A stretch of 62,829 nucleotides of DNA, the filler included, from Squatina squatina (taxonomy: Eukaryota): assembly GCA_031763465.1 (NCBI GenBank). It is 3 parts of 3 records of this genome, joined end to end, with 100 filler letters (N's around TTAATTAATTAA, not from the genome) between each part and the next. Parts side by side here need not be neighbours in the genome. Positions count along the whole stretch, not along the records: positions 19,726 to 46,718 come from JARFOE010000016.1; positions 46,819 to 62,829 come from JARFOE010000149.1; 1 more part is not named here. One strand, given 5' to 3'. Within the stretch, counting starts at the first letter, position 1; each line of letters opens with the position of its first letter. This document shows positions 37,577 to 49,791 of this stretch, one piece after another. The position numbers and the translations under genes are program-made. The notes below the pieces were generated by a model. The model was not told the DNA's origin and did not search any database. It saw nothing but the letters and a program-made list of their open reading frames with translations.

Positions 37577-38192
37577 GCTCTCTATGAGAGCCTAAAATTA
37601 TGCTTTTTTTTTGACATAAACTCTAGCCTTTCTAGGACCAGATGTCCCCATTCACAAAAAGCAATGCTGATTCTAGACCTAGGTCTCAACTCAATGGCTA
37701 GTCCTGCAGTGGTCACAGTAAATAAAATGATGGAAGCAATTAACCTGAGTATCTCGTTCAAGCAATGACTAGCAAGCGTTTCGAATACTGTTCACTCCAC
37801 TCTCAAGGCAAGGTCTCGTTTCCTAATCCTTGCGGGAAAACTTTAGGTGTCTTCCAAGCTTAAGGTGATCCTCCCGGGTTTATTGTTTTTCGCTCAACTC
37901 CCCTCTTTCCATCCCCTCCCCTTCCCTCCATCTCCTCCTCCTCCTCCTGCCCCCCGCCTCAAGCTCAGCGAAATATTATGGCGTACAGACCCTCAAGAGC
38001 TGGTAGCGGAGTCCAAGACTCGGCCGATCGTCTCAGCAATGTGATAGGGACACGAAGCGTGGGAGCAGAATCACTGAAATTCCGATCTCTCCNNNNNNNN
38101 NNNNNNNNNNNNNNNNNNNNNNNNNNNNNNNNNNNNNNNNNNNNNNNNNNNNNNNNNNNNNNNNNNNNNNNNNNNNNNNNNNNNNNNNNNNN

Positions 38193-39638
38193 AGGAAGCT
38201 AGCCGCAGCTAGACAGGCTGAGTTGCACAATCGAGACTGCAGGGCTTATGCAATGGAACCCTGGCTGGCTTCAAGCCCTCTTCCCAAGGCCCTCAAGAAT
38301 CAAATGAGCAAAGAGCTGGTGGTCGCGATCTACTGCAACGGTACCAGTCATAAAATGAAGGTGGGCATTGACGACACGCCAGACGCGATCATTCACTCCT
38401 ACACACAGAAGATGGCTGAGAAAGGATTGCCTGTGCACAGTGCCGAGGGTAGCTTAGTCCTGAAGGTCTGCGGAAGAGAAGAGTACATCACCGGAAACCG
38501 GTCGCTGGTCGATTTTATCTGGGTCCGGCGCTGCATCAAGAATAAGGAGGAACTCCGTTTGGCATTGGTGACCTCTCCGTCCCTTGCAGATGACGAGGTC
38601 AACATTGCAGACTGGCCTTTGGTTGACCAATGCACAGGACTCACCGCCACCCATGACCAACTGACCCTAAAGAACAAGGATATTGACCAGGTTGTGGTGC
38701 TGTCACTCTGGGATTGCAATAGGCGCTTTCGTGTCAAGATTGTGGGTATGGACTGTCCAATTTTACCAAGTAAAAGCCTCCCGAATGTGTACGTGGAAGC
38801 GGCAGTGCGTCATGCTACTAATGATCTTTCTTCCGCAAGATCTCAGCCAAAGCCTTTCACAGAAGAAGTTATGTGGAACGCTTGGTTGGACTTTGACATC
38901 TTGGTGAAGAACCTCCCCCAAGGATCGAGGTTGAGCTTGTGCGTGTACGGAGTGGACGCAGAAAGTTCTGCCGCGAGAGACGGAAGGCCCATCCTACAGA
39001 ATACCAAAGATGGAGATCAATACAGAGGCAAGACAAAGCTCTTGTACTTTGTCAACCTCCTTCTAATTGACCACCGATCATTCCTCCAGCAAGGGGAACA
39101 CATCCTTCACATGTGGCCCTACTCAAGCCGTGAAGAAAACCTTGTGACCCACGAGGTGGACAAACTCTCCTCCAAGACCAACCCAGATGTCGAGAACTCC
39201 GCGGCCATCTGTATCATGTTGGACACGTACACTTACCCGGTGGCTTTACCGAGCGGCAAGAAGCCAAGGTCCAGTTGGGTTAATCAGGCGTCAGATGGTG
39301 TGGACGTCCCTACTAAAGAGGAGCCAAAGCTCGAAGTGTCTCAGGCTTCCCTGAGTGGCTCGCAGACAGATATGCTCAAACGATTCACAGAGGAGTGTGC
39401 CCGGTATAGCAACTCGCTGCCCAAATTTCTCAGCACAGTTGAATGGGGTGACCTTAAAGCAGTGGAGGAAGTCCATTGGCTTTTCGAGCACTGGAACCCT
39501 CCGGAACTTGATATCGCCATCGCGCTGGAACTCCTCAGCATTAAATTTGCCGACGAGAAAGTCAGGACCTTATCTGTCCAAAGACTGGAAGAGTTAAACA
39601 ACGACCACCTGTTGAGATACCTCCTGCAGCTCGTACAA
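38193..39638 (+). CDS. Class IB PI3K catalytic subunit (p110-gamma-like), large exon covering RBD, C2 and start of helical domain; 5' end in gap
   Basis: YAMEPW, VLKVCGREEY, DWPLVDQCTG.T..HDQL, SLWDC.R.FRVKI, KPFTEEV.WN.WL.F, LLYFVNLLLIDHR, TNPD.EN, ALELL, YLLQLVQ|gt. PIK3CG-like but divergent. Confidence 0.85.
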
Positions 39639-39709
39639 GTGCGCCTGCTTCTCCTTATTACATTCCTTCCCTCAAGGGTCCTGACCTGCTCGGGAACGGG
39701 TCTGGGTAT

Positions 39710-39946
39710 AAGAATATAAGAACTAGGAGCAGGAGTCGGCCATTCGGCCCCTCGCCTGCTCTGCCATTCAATGAGATCATGGCTGATCTTCGACCTCAAC
39801 TCCACTTTCCCGCCCGATCCCCATATCCCTCGATCCCCCTTTAGTTGAAAAATCAATCGATTTCAGCCTTAAATATACTCAATGATTCAGCATCCACAGC
39901 CCTTTGGATTAGAGAATTCCAAAGATTCACAACCCTCTGAGTGAAG
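39710..39946 (-). mobile_element. CR1 LINE 3' end
   Basis: FTQRVVNLWNS motif plus the CR1 tail ending in (ttcttat)n. Confidence 0.8.
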
Positions 39947-42257
39947 NNNNNNNNNNNNNNNNNNNNNNNNNNNNNNNNNNNNNNNNNNNNNNNNNNNNNN
40001 NNNNNNNNNNNNNNNNNNNNNNNNNNNNNNNNNNNNNNNNNNNNNNGATTGCTGAATTGGACTGCTGAAAGCAGTATAGCTCAATTAGCACTGATCCAGC
40101 TCCCGTTAGTGCTGATTTATAGACAACTTTCTAGGCCGCTCGAAAAAAAATTTAAAGACCCCAATACTGCATCAGCGCAAAATGGGCACTAAAAACAGGC
40201 CTTTTGGTCTCCTGATGTTTCAAATACAGGGCAGACCAATTGGACCCTCACTGATTTTCCTCCATTTAATTAATCATTACTCAGAATCCAAGTGGGAGAA
40301 TAGTGCGGTTAACATGACAACTGTGGGGGAGGAGTGGAGTAGGGAGGCGAGTGGGTTTCCAAATACAAAAACTAAGAGTTAGTCAGATGCTCAGGGAGGG
40401 AGCATAAAGCAACGAGAGGGCACAGGACTCTGCCAGAAAGGTAGACGGACGGTTAGACTTCCTCAATCAAAGTGGCTTTATTTTTGTTGATTAAGCTGCC
40501 TCACGGGTGAACGGGTTACACCGAGCTGTGATCTCTGCCGCAGTGGAAGGGTCATTCTTTGACTGAGAGCGAGGGGGGAAATGTGAGATGAGAAAGAAGC
40601 AGAGCGAACATTGTTAATCTGAAAAACTAAATAGAAAATGCTGGGAGTACCCAGCAGGTCTCTGTAGAGGGAGAAACAAAGTTAATGTTTCAGGTCGATG
40701 ACATTTCGTCAATGCTCCTACTAATTAAATTTTTGGGCGGGCTGAGAGATGTGAGCATGCACGTAACATACCAATGCACTGTTGACCTTATTCTTCAGCC
40801 AGGATGATGCACGCACTGTGTGGTTGGGAGATGGGCTGCTGAAGTGGAGCTATCCAGTTAAGGGACTGAGTGGGTATTGAGGGTATAAAAACATTACGTT
40901 ATTCAGGAAATTGTGTCAAACGTGCAGTTATTGCCTTTGAGAAGACTGCATCAATTAGACACTCGTCGAAGATTTCAAAGCTGGTATCAGATTTCAAAGG
41001 TATACAAGTTGGTGACAACCTAGCAGAGTTAGAACACNNNNNNNNNNNNNNNNNNNNNNNNNNNNNNNNNNNNNNNNNNNNNNNNNNNNNNNNNNNNNNN
41101 NNNNNNNNNNNNNNNNNNNNNNNNNNNNNNNNNNNNNCCAAAAGAATCCTCTTGTGTGAATTTTTCCTCAAGCCATCTTGAGTTATGCCAATGAATGATG
41201 CTTTGTGCCAAATTATTGGGCAGTTTTGTGTAAAGGACTCATGCCTGGTAGACGCTGCAATAATATTGCCCCAAACACTTATTAGATAGCAGCTGTACTG
41301 GGGGCAGGGAGAAGAAGTTCATTCCATCAGTCCAATCTGGATTCAAACCTGATGCCAGAAGTGAAAAGGATAACATGCTAACAGCTCGCTCACCCAGTCT
41401 GAGAGAGTACCTCTTTTTTTTTAAAACAGGGTACCTGTTAAAGGTAACTGACATGAAATAGGTCTGCGCTTATAGCTGATTTGCAAATATGTTGTACTGC
41501 TAGGGCCATTGAGTATAAACTAAGACTACCCTACTTAAGCCATATAAAACTTGTTGTGCCCAACTTGTTTCCCCCGCTTGTTAAAGGACAAGTCTTTGGT
41601 GAGGAAGCAAATAGGATGATGCCAAATTTTAATGCTTTCAGTTATGAGGACAAGCGCCAAGATTACTTTGGAGAAATGCAGATTCAGTGTGCACGACTAA
41701 AGTTTTTAAAATGATGGGGTACTGATAGTCAGTTTATCTGGTGATTATCACATTGCTGTTTGAATGGCAGAACTAGCTCGAGGGGCTCAATGGCATACTC
41801 CTGCCCCTATGATGGGACAGACTGCTACTTTATCGCTGATCATGTGAGGCTGGTGTGGGCCTACCTGCCTAAGGACATGTACATGGACAGACTGTTATTG
41901 AACCTCAGCACGGCAGTGCTGACATCCCCATGGCTTGGAGACAAGAGGGAGTCCCTGAGGCTGGCCTTCCAGATGAAATTTAAGTGGACCTACTCAATCT
42001 ACACAAAGAAAGAATCCAAATTACCTAGTTTCAGCTCCTGACAAACATTATGACCAATTTGGACCAAATTTTAGAAAGGTCAGCAACACACTACTTACAA
42101 ACACAGTTTATATGTAAATAGACCAGTATTTAAAGGGGAATTCTTCTTCCTCCAATATAATAATCCTCCTTCTCAAGAGCATTTTTGTTTTCTATTTTCC
42201 CCATCTCTCCTGATGTCACTGAGTTTCGTTGAGGTGCGTTTCTCCTGGTAACAACTC

Positions 42258-42490
42258 TCTATGATTCTCCCTGGGCTATGATTCTCCAGGCACTGACTCT
42301 CACTGGGCTATGATTCTCCAGGCACTGACTCTCACTGGGCTATGGTTTTCCAGGCACAGACTCTCACTGGGCTATGGTTTTCCAGGCACAGACTCTCACT
42401 GGGCTATGGTTCCCCACGCACGGACTCTCACTGGGCGATGGTTCTCCTGGTATGGACTCTCACTGGGCTATGATTCTCCAGGCACTGACT
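42258..42490. repeat. 32-bp minisatellite (ctgggctatgattctccaggcactgactctca), about 7 copies, runs into gap
   Basis: Units start at 42271, 42303, 42335 and onward. Confidence 0.9.
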
Positions 42491-43479
42491 NNNNNNNNNN
42501 NNNNNNNNNNNNNNNNNNNNNNNNNNNNNNNNNNNNNNNNNNNNNNNNNNNNNNNNNNNNNNNNNNNNNNNNNNNNNNNNNNNNNNNNNNAAGTGCACAC
42601 ACAATTGTGGCTGTTATCAGAACACCCAACAAACTTTAGCCCAGCAAGGGGTCAATACATTGAGGAACGGGAGCAGAGCCATCAGCATCTTATGGTACAC
42701 AAGCCAAAATTTCTTCTCTGTAAGCAGGGCCATTTAAACCACCCTCAAGAGGCCAGCGCTCTCCAATTTCAACAAGGTTTCCAATGACATCTCTTAAACC
42801 ATTTAAAAATAGGTAGCTGTCGGTATCTAGCGCAGAGCATGGAAGCAACACGTGGGGTGTTGCAGATTGTTAAATGTGGGATCGTGCCTTATACTGATGA
42901 CAATAACAGACTCACATTCCTGTTCCTCCATACGCCTGAAATACTGACAGAGGGCAAACTAGCAGAAAGCCTGTGCTGAAATGGTAACTGCCAGCTCCAA
43001 AGATATGTGTCCCCGTCGGTTCTCAGAATTCCTTCCTGGGTGTGGGTGGGGGGGGGAGGGGAAAGTCTGGTTTCAAACCCCTTCCCATCTGATTCGATAT
43101 TAGTGCAGCCTCTCGGTCGTTCCGGTAATCTTCTAAAAAGAAGGACCCTTGCTTGCACAAAGAGGCTGGACTTGCCTGCTCCTGGAGCAAGGGCTCACTT
43201 TTCTCAGATAAAACCCCTCCTCGATTGTCCGAGAGTCTTCGGAAATTAAAGATTAATCTCCCCGCACACTGCTACGAGCAACCGAGGAGATAAATCACAG
43301 GAGAATTAAAGCAATACTGGAGATGGGATAAAAGGCTGTTTGACTGACCACCTAATCAGCCAATTGGGTAATGCCGAGGCTATTCGCTTTCCAATTGGCT
43401 TGGGAAGGCGGGTGCCACGCGGATGGACGGGTCGAGCGACCAATGGGAGGAGCGTGTGGGGTGGGGCAGGAGGTCACAT

Positions 43480-43976
43480 GATGAAACATGTAGATGAGAA
43501 CTAGGAGGGGCCAAGGATAGATCCATGGGGTCACCAGAGGGAACGATGCGGGAAGAGAAGCCGTTGCAGGTGATTCTCTGGCTACGATTTGATCGACAAG
43601 AATGGAACCAGGCGAGTGCGGTCCCACCCAGCTGGACGATGGTGAACAGGCGTTGGAGAAGGATAGAGTGGTCAACCGTATCAAAGGCTGCAGACAAGTC
43701 AAGAAGGACGAGGAGGGATAGTTTGCCTTGGTCACAGTCACAGAGGATGTAATTTGTGACTTTGATGAGAGCGGTTTCGGTTCTGTGGCTGGAACGGAAA
43801 TCTGATTGGAGGGATCCAAACATGGAATTGTGGGAAAGTTGGGCATGGATTTGGGAGGTGACAACACCTTCAAGGACTTTGGAGAGGGACGGGAGGTTGG
43901 AGATGGGGTAGTAATTTGCAAGGACAGAGGGGTCAAGGGTTGTTTTTTTGAGGAGGGGGTGATGACGGCAGATGTG
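43480..43976 (-). mobile_element. L2-clade LINE RT fragment
   Basis: NY.PISNLP.LSKVLE...QS.FR..H.TETALIKV...LLDLSAAFDTVDH. Confidence 0.88.
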
Positions 43977-45593
43977 NNNNNNNNNNNNNNNNNNNNNNNN
44001 NNNNNNNNNNNNNNNNNNNNNNNNNNNNNNNNNNNNNNNNNNNNNNNNNNNNNNNNNNNNNNNNNNNNNNNNNNNNAGCGCAGGGTCAAAATCATGGAAC
44101 TCCCTCCCGAACACCGTGGAAGCAGCTTCACCACACGGACTGTAGCGGCTCACCACCACCTTCTCAAGGGCAATAAAGGCTGGCTATGCCAGCGATGCTC
44201 ACATCCCATGAATGAATAAAAAAAAGTTTACATGCATGAAAATGGGTCACACTTACACTTCCGCAGTGAGGAGAGCAACAGTCGTTCCTAATACACTTGA
44301 TGCAACAGCCATGTTCAATTCAACTGTAATGTCCATATGCTACAAATATATTTACAATACCAACCCAGTCTAGTTGCTTGAACAGAAGGACATTCCTTGC
44401 GCATAGTTCTGAATTCTATATAGATTTTATTAAATGTATTTTGGATAACAAACTTTGTTCACAATGGAATTGTTTGAGTTAGTGCTGCTCAGAGGCTGAA
44501 TACAATCAAATGCGACTGAAAGAAAATTCCGATCAGATGGGCACCAGTGATAAACAAATCCCAATTAAATATCAACCACCAGCATGGTTACCCTCGATCA
44601 TACCGCACAAAGCCACAAAATCTGACTGTACATATATCCAAACTGAGCTTGGTATGCAAGTGTTCCAAATTTAAAAAATGAGGGGGAAGGATGAGAGAAT
44701 GATGGAACAGGAAGTGACGCCGGATAAGCAAAAACAGTCTCAATTTAACTTGAATAGTAAATCAAACGAATCGTGTGATACAGGGTTCTAAAGTGGCTGG
44801 TTCATGAAACAAAAATAACCTACAAGTAAACAGAAACTCAAGCTAGAATTCCATATATAAAATCAGTTTGAACAGCTTTTGACAAACAGTCCAGCACTCA
44901 TTTAGATAGCCATAGAAGTACAAAACAAAAAAAAGGTTTAAACTCAATCAACAACATATACATTTTNNNNNNNNNNNNNNNNNNNNNNNNNNNNNNNNNN
45001 NNNNNNNNNNNNNNNNNNNNNNNNNNNNNNNNNNNNNNNNNNNNNNNNNNNNNNNNNNNNNNNNNNGATGCCCTCATGCTCTTTCTAATTGTTGTGTGCA
45101 CTTCACATCCATAAACTTCACCTCGCATTGTTTCATTCTGCTTTCTGATTTTATTCTTGTTAGACTTTGCTAAGTTTAAAAAAGGGATAGAATAGCAAAG
45201 TGTAGACACAAGGTAGCTCCTCACTAAAAACAAAAAGCATTCAGGCCCATGCTTCCTGAAACATAATCAGTGTGCATTTTTTTTGGGGTGAAAAAAGGTT
45301 TAAGATTGATATGGTACAGTGTTTAAACATGAATCAAACAGGACATGTTCCTTTACAGACAAGTTCTTGATTTTTTTTTTTAAATGCACAAACTGAGTAC
45401 AATGATGCTAGTTACCTACACTGTACAGAGAAAATAATTCATCTCATCCCCATCAGCAGACCAACATATATTTTTAAGAAACAAGGAACAGTATTACCAG
45501 GTGAGACTTCAAACTGTTCCACAAGACTCAAGTCTCACCACACTAAGGAAGCGCAGTTATTTGATTGGACGTAGAAGTTCCAGACCTTGCTTG

Positions 45594-45660
45594 TTAAGTC
45601 ATCCGTCATGGCCCACCTCAGATGAGGTTCCAGGCCAAAACTTCAAGGAGGCACACTTTT
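45594..45660 (-). promoter_or_regulatory. Candidate type II SECIS element in the TXNRD3 3'UTR
   Basis: U-UGAA core, helix guuuuggccu/gggccaugac (9 of 10 pairs), unpaired AA, mini-stem ccuca/ugagg, then GGAU. About 300 nt after the Sec codon. Confidence 0.6.
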
Positions 45661-45948
45661 TCTGCAATGCCCTTCCAAGCAGGTTTGGGGCTCAAAGTTC
45701 ATACCGAGGTTTACCTCCCGCCGTTGTGCTGCATGTCCCACGCACACCCGCGATCTTCTGCTGCGTCTGGTGCTGAGCATAACTCAAGGCACTGCACCAT
45801 TTGGAGTGGTTTCATGGTGGCTTTTTACTTCTGTTTGTTCCTGCTGTGGATTACGCTAGTTTTACCTGAGTGCAGCAAGATGCAGGTTGAGCCAACCAGG
45901 AAGCAGGGGAAGTGCACGCAGGGGGCAGCAGCATTACAACAGCAGGGT

Positions 45949-46020
45949 TTAACCTCAGCAACCTGTTTTCTTGGTAATGTCCACACCTGATCGTTTTGTT
46001 CCTTCCATAGTGGTGAACCC
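45949..46020 (-). CDS. TXNRD3: Thioredoxin reductase 3, last exon with selenocysteine (TGA 45955-45957)
   Basis: cag|GFTTMEGTKRSGVDITKKT-GGT TGC TGA GGT TAA, i.e. GC-U-G*. TXNRD3 chosen over TXNRD1 from linkage to ZXDC, KLF15 and ALDH1L1. Confidence 0.85.
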
Positions 46021-46405
46021 CTGCCAACACCAACACAATCATTAATGACAACCTGCTATAGGTGGGCGCCCCAGAANNNNNNNNNNNNNNNNNNNNNNNN
46101 NNNNNNNNNNNNNNNNNNNNNNNNNNNNNNNNNNNNNNNNNNNNNNNNNNNNNNNNNNNNNNNNNNNNNNNNNNNNCCCTCTCGGAAGTAAATGATAAAA
46201 GCAAGCGCCATCACAGAATGGTAGGTGCATTTACCCACTAAGTTTAAGGAGACTGAGGGCACGTCTATCTGAGATCAGCTGTTTGAAGAGGTGAAATGAC
46301 AAGCTTGGAAGTAGGGCATCTCCCTGCTCTCAGCTATAAATCAAAATCAGGTAAAGAGAAGAATGCCAAAAAACAAGCACTCAGTCGATGAGGAAGGAAA
46401 CCTAC

Positions 46406-46521
46406 CTGGTAATGCAATATTCTTTATCTCCTGGTATATTTAAATAACGAGGTCTTTCGCCTGTCGCAATGATGAATTTTTCTGCTGAGTGGAAGGTCAC
46501 TTTTCCCCGTTTGCTGGTTGC
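46406..46521 (-). CDS. TXNRD3: Thioredoxin reductase 3, internal exon (116 bp)
   Basis: Strong pyrimidine tract, then cag|[38 protein letters not shown]..|gtaggt. Confidence 0.88.
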
Positions 46522-46718
46522 CTGGGAGGGGAGAAAGGAGAAAAAAAAATCTTTAAAAACATGGCTTTCTGCTCAGCAACAATTTATATTAACAAGTAGT
46601 TCAAATAAAAAGGAATGGAGAAAATGCGCTTGGGAGTATTTAGACCATTAAAGAAATCAAGACAAATGAACAAAGAGGGTTTATTCAAGCAATGCTATTC
46701 TCAGACAGCACGCTGCCG

Positions 46719-46818
46719 NNNNNNNNNNNNNNNNNNNNNNNNNNNNNNNNNNNNNNNNNNNNTTAATTAATTAANNNNNNNNNNNNNNNNNNNNNNNNNN
46801 NNNNNNNNNNNNNNNNNN
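46719..46818. other. Artificial scaffold linker N-TTAATTAATTAA-N
   Basis: The same 12-mer in Ns (46763-46774). Confidence 0.95.
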
Positions 46819-46819
46819 C

Positions 46820-47253
46820 AAAGCAGCCCGCTTGATTAGCATCCCATCCACCACTTTCACTCCCTCCACATCCGGCGCTCTGTGGCTGCAGTGTGTACCA
46901 TCTACAAGATGCACTGCAGCAACTCACCAAGGTTTCTTCAACAGCACCTCCCAAACCCGTGGCCTCTACCACCTAGACAGGCAAGAGCAGCAGGCGCATG
47001 GGAACACCATGACCTCCAAGTTCCCCTCCAAGTTACATACATCCAGACTTGGAAATATATCGCCGTTCCTTCATCGTCATTGGATCAAAATCCTGGAACT
47101 CCCTCCCTAACAGAACTGTGGGAGCTCTTTCACCACAGGGACTGCAGCAGGTCAAGAAGGCAGGTCACCACCAACTTCTCAAGGGCAATTAGGGATGAGC
47201 GTTAAATTCTGGCCTTGCCAGCAACGTCCACATCCCAGGAATGAATAAAAAGA
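46820..47253 (+). mobile_element. LINE (CR1-group) 3' end; related tails at about 21815-22050(-), 25915-26010, 30925-31065 and 44077-44225
   Basis: AAVCTIYKMHCSNSP..LQQHLPNP, and the shared tail caccaccaccttctcaagggcaa...cacatccc..gaatgaataaaaa. Confidence 0.75.
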
Positions 47254-49113
47254 AAGTGTTCAATCACGGGAGTGATGCTTCTGTCACTCTTTGCCTGTGG
47301 AACTGATGATAGCCTACACGTGGTCTCCCTGGTGTGTGCTAGTTCACCGAGACTTGCCAGTTAATGTCATGAAGAAGATGAGCAAATGTCCGAAAACAGC
47401 CTCCTGGTCTGAAACGCATGAAAGCATCAGACATACCAAACAACAACTCTTTGCCTCAACATCCCTGCTGGAAAATGCAAATAAATGGACAATCAAAAGG
47501 TAAATAACCATGAGGTTTGAATATCTAATGAAGAACAATAGACTGTATTCTAAGGCACTAATTTACCTCCGGAATGGACAGTATTTACCTCAGGAATCGA
47601 CAGACAGTGACTGACATAGGTACTATGTTACAAATCTCAGCCTGACTCTGAAACTCCAAGTGCCCCACGGCATCAACATTGTGAGATTTGGCTCAAAGGT
47701 CACACACAGATTATCCAAAGGTTGTTAGAAGTTACAAGGCGTTTCATTAAGGAGTGCCAGTTGTAAGCATAATTAGTACAGCACGCGATTAAGATAGATA
47801 TAGTAGACTTACAACCCGTGACAGATGAGACTGATCTACGGCCCCGGATCAGAATGGATGGACGTTGAGGCAGAACGGTGGTTTCAAATTGGATCCCTGC
47901 AGCCTGCGACAGTGGTCTCTTCTGTTTGGGTCGTTCCCCGAGCTGTTGGATGCGTTAGGCTGAAGCCAGCATAGATCCACCCCGGGGTAGCCTTACCCCT
48001 AATTGCCCAGTTCTCTCTTTCAGTTGCCCATTTATATACCTTATTTTGATGGGCCGGTGGATACCTGGTGTCAATCATATTTCCCCTTCCCATGGTCCAA
48101 TTACAGGGAAGAGGTACCTCTGACAGCTCCCTCAACCTCTTGCTGAGTTCAGCTCTTCCATTATCTCTATTCCAATTGTCTTGTTGGTCTTCTACAGTCA
48201 GCTTGTTTGTCTTTAAGGCTCCTTGCTAAACCCTTTATCTCCATAGCTAGGCCTTGAAGGCTTTTTTTTCTGTCTCTAACCTTAGCACTCTGTGTCTGCT
48301 GAACTGGCACAAGTACTTCTTTTTAAAAAACATTTTTCCTTTTATAATTCGCAATTTCTTCAGACTCATGATTTCATACATTTCCCTACTTTGAGAAGGA
48401 AATTTCCTTATTGACTTCTCACTATCGGCTCCTGACTACTCTAGCTATTTCCAAATTATTTGCATTTTGCTCTCTCTACTTGGGCATTAGTTAGAAGGGA
48501 GACTCATAAATGAAGACTTCCCCCTTTCTTACGGTCCATTCCTTTGAGGGGGAGGAGCATTCTCCAACCTCTTACTCAAATTCTATTCGCTGTTCCAGTG
48601 TTCTAATTCTGCCCCGCCTGGGGTATCCTCTGTTTCTTCTCTCTTTCCTGATCTTTATCCTCCTGGGGTCTCCCCTACTTTGCTTTGGATCTTCTCTTTC
48701 AGTGTGCTCAATCAATTTTTTTATGGTGCTGGTTAGTCATAGACATGATTGGCTTATGCATTAAAGTCTTGCTACATAGGGTACATATATCAAATACACT
48801 ATCATTACAAGTGGGAGAACTACTAGAGTGTGTGAAATAATATGAACCAAAGGGTGTGTTAATATATTAAGCCCAATATCTCACCAAATGTGAGTCATCC
48901 CCTGTGCTGTCAATTTCAATAGCTATTCTCGAGTTGTCCTGCTCCAAAACAGATGTGGTGTGAAGCTGGAACTGGGGTTATTAATTGGATAGATCCTGTT
49001 AGATCCATAAAGCANNNNNNNNNNNNNNNNNNNNNNNNNNNNNNNNNNNNNNNNNNNNNNNNNNNNNNNNNNNNNNNNNNNNNNNNNNNNNNNNNNNNNN
49101 NNNNNNNNNNNNN

Positions 49114-49691
49114 NGTGTTTCATGTATGAGGACCCCCAAATCCCTTTGTGCTGCAGTTTTTTGCAGTTTTTCTCCATTTAAATAATACTCTCTTTTTCGT
49201 TCTTGCTTCCAAAATGAACAACTTCACATTTCCCACATTATACTCCATTTGCCAACATTTTGCCCACTCACTCAACCTATCAGTATTTCTCTGTAAACTG
49301 TTTGTATCCTTCTCGCAACTTGCTTTCCCATCTATTTTTGTGCAAATTTGGCTGCAGTACATTTGCTTCCTTCCTCCAAGTCATTAATCTGTATTGTAAA
49401 AGGTTGCGGTCCCAGCACTGATCTCTATGGCACCCTACTGGTTACAGGTTGCCAACCTGGAAGTGACCCCGTTATCCCTACTTACTGTTTTGTGCCAGTT
49501 CGCAAATTCTCTATCCAAGCTAATATATCGCCTCCAACACCATGGGGTCTTATCTTGCGAATGTAACCTCTTGTGTGGCACCTTGTCGAACGCCTTTTGG
49601 AAATCCAAATATATTACATCAACTGGTTCCCCTCTATCCACTCTAGTTGATACTTCCTCAAAGAGCTCTAATAAATTTGACAGACATGATT
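49114..49691 (-). mobile_element. CR1 LINE RT fragment
   Basis: VDVIYLDFQKAFDKVPHKRL...DRLSEWAK.WQMEYNV. Confidence 0.88.
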
Positions 49692-49791
49692 NNNNNNNNN
49701 NNNNNNNNNNNNNNNNNNNNNNNNNNNNNNNNNNNNNNNNNNNNNNNNNNNNNNNNNNNNNNNNNNNNNNNNNNNNNNNNNNNNNNNNNNN

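Noticed and set aside
45660-45820. Two AUGAA...AAA...GA hairpins as the TXNRD3 SECIS
   Set aside because: By eye, helix II pairing is short or poor compared with the 45594-45660 element. Kept only as alternatives.
47880-48720. Purine-rich minus-strand stretch as a retroviral gag or LTR element
   Set aside because: No sustained ORF, zinc knuckle, primer-binding site or paired LTR is visible.
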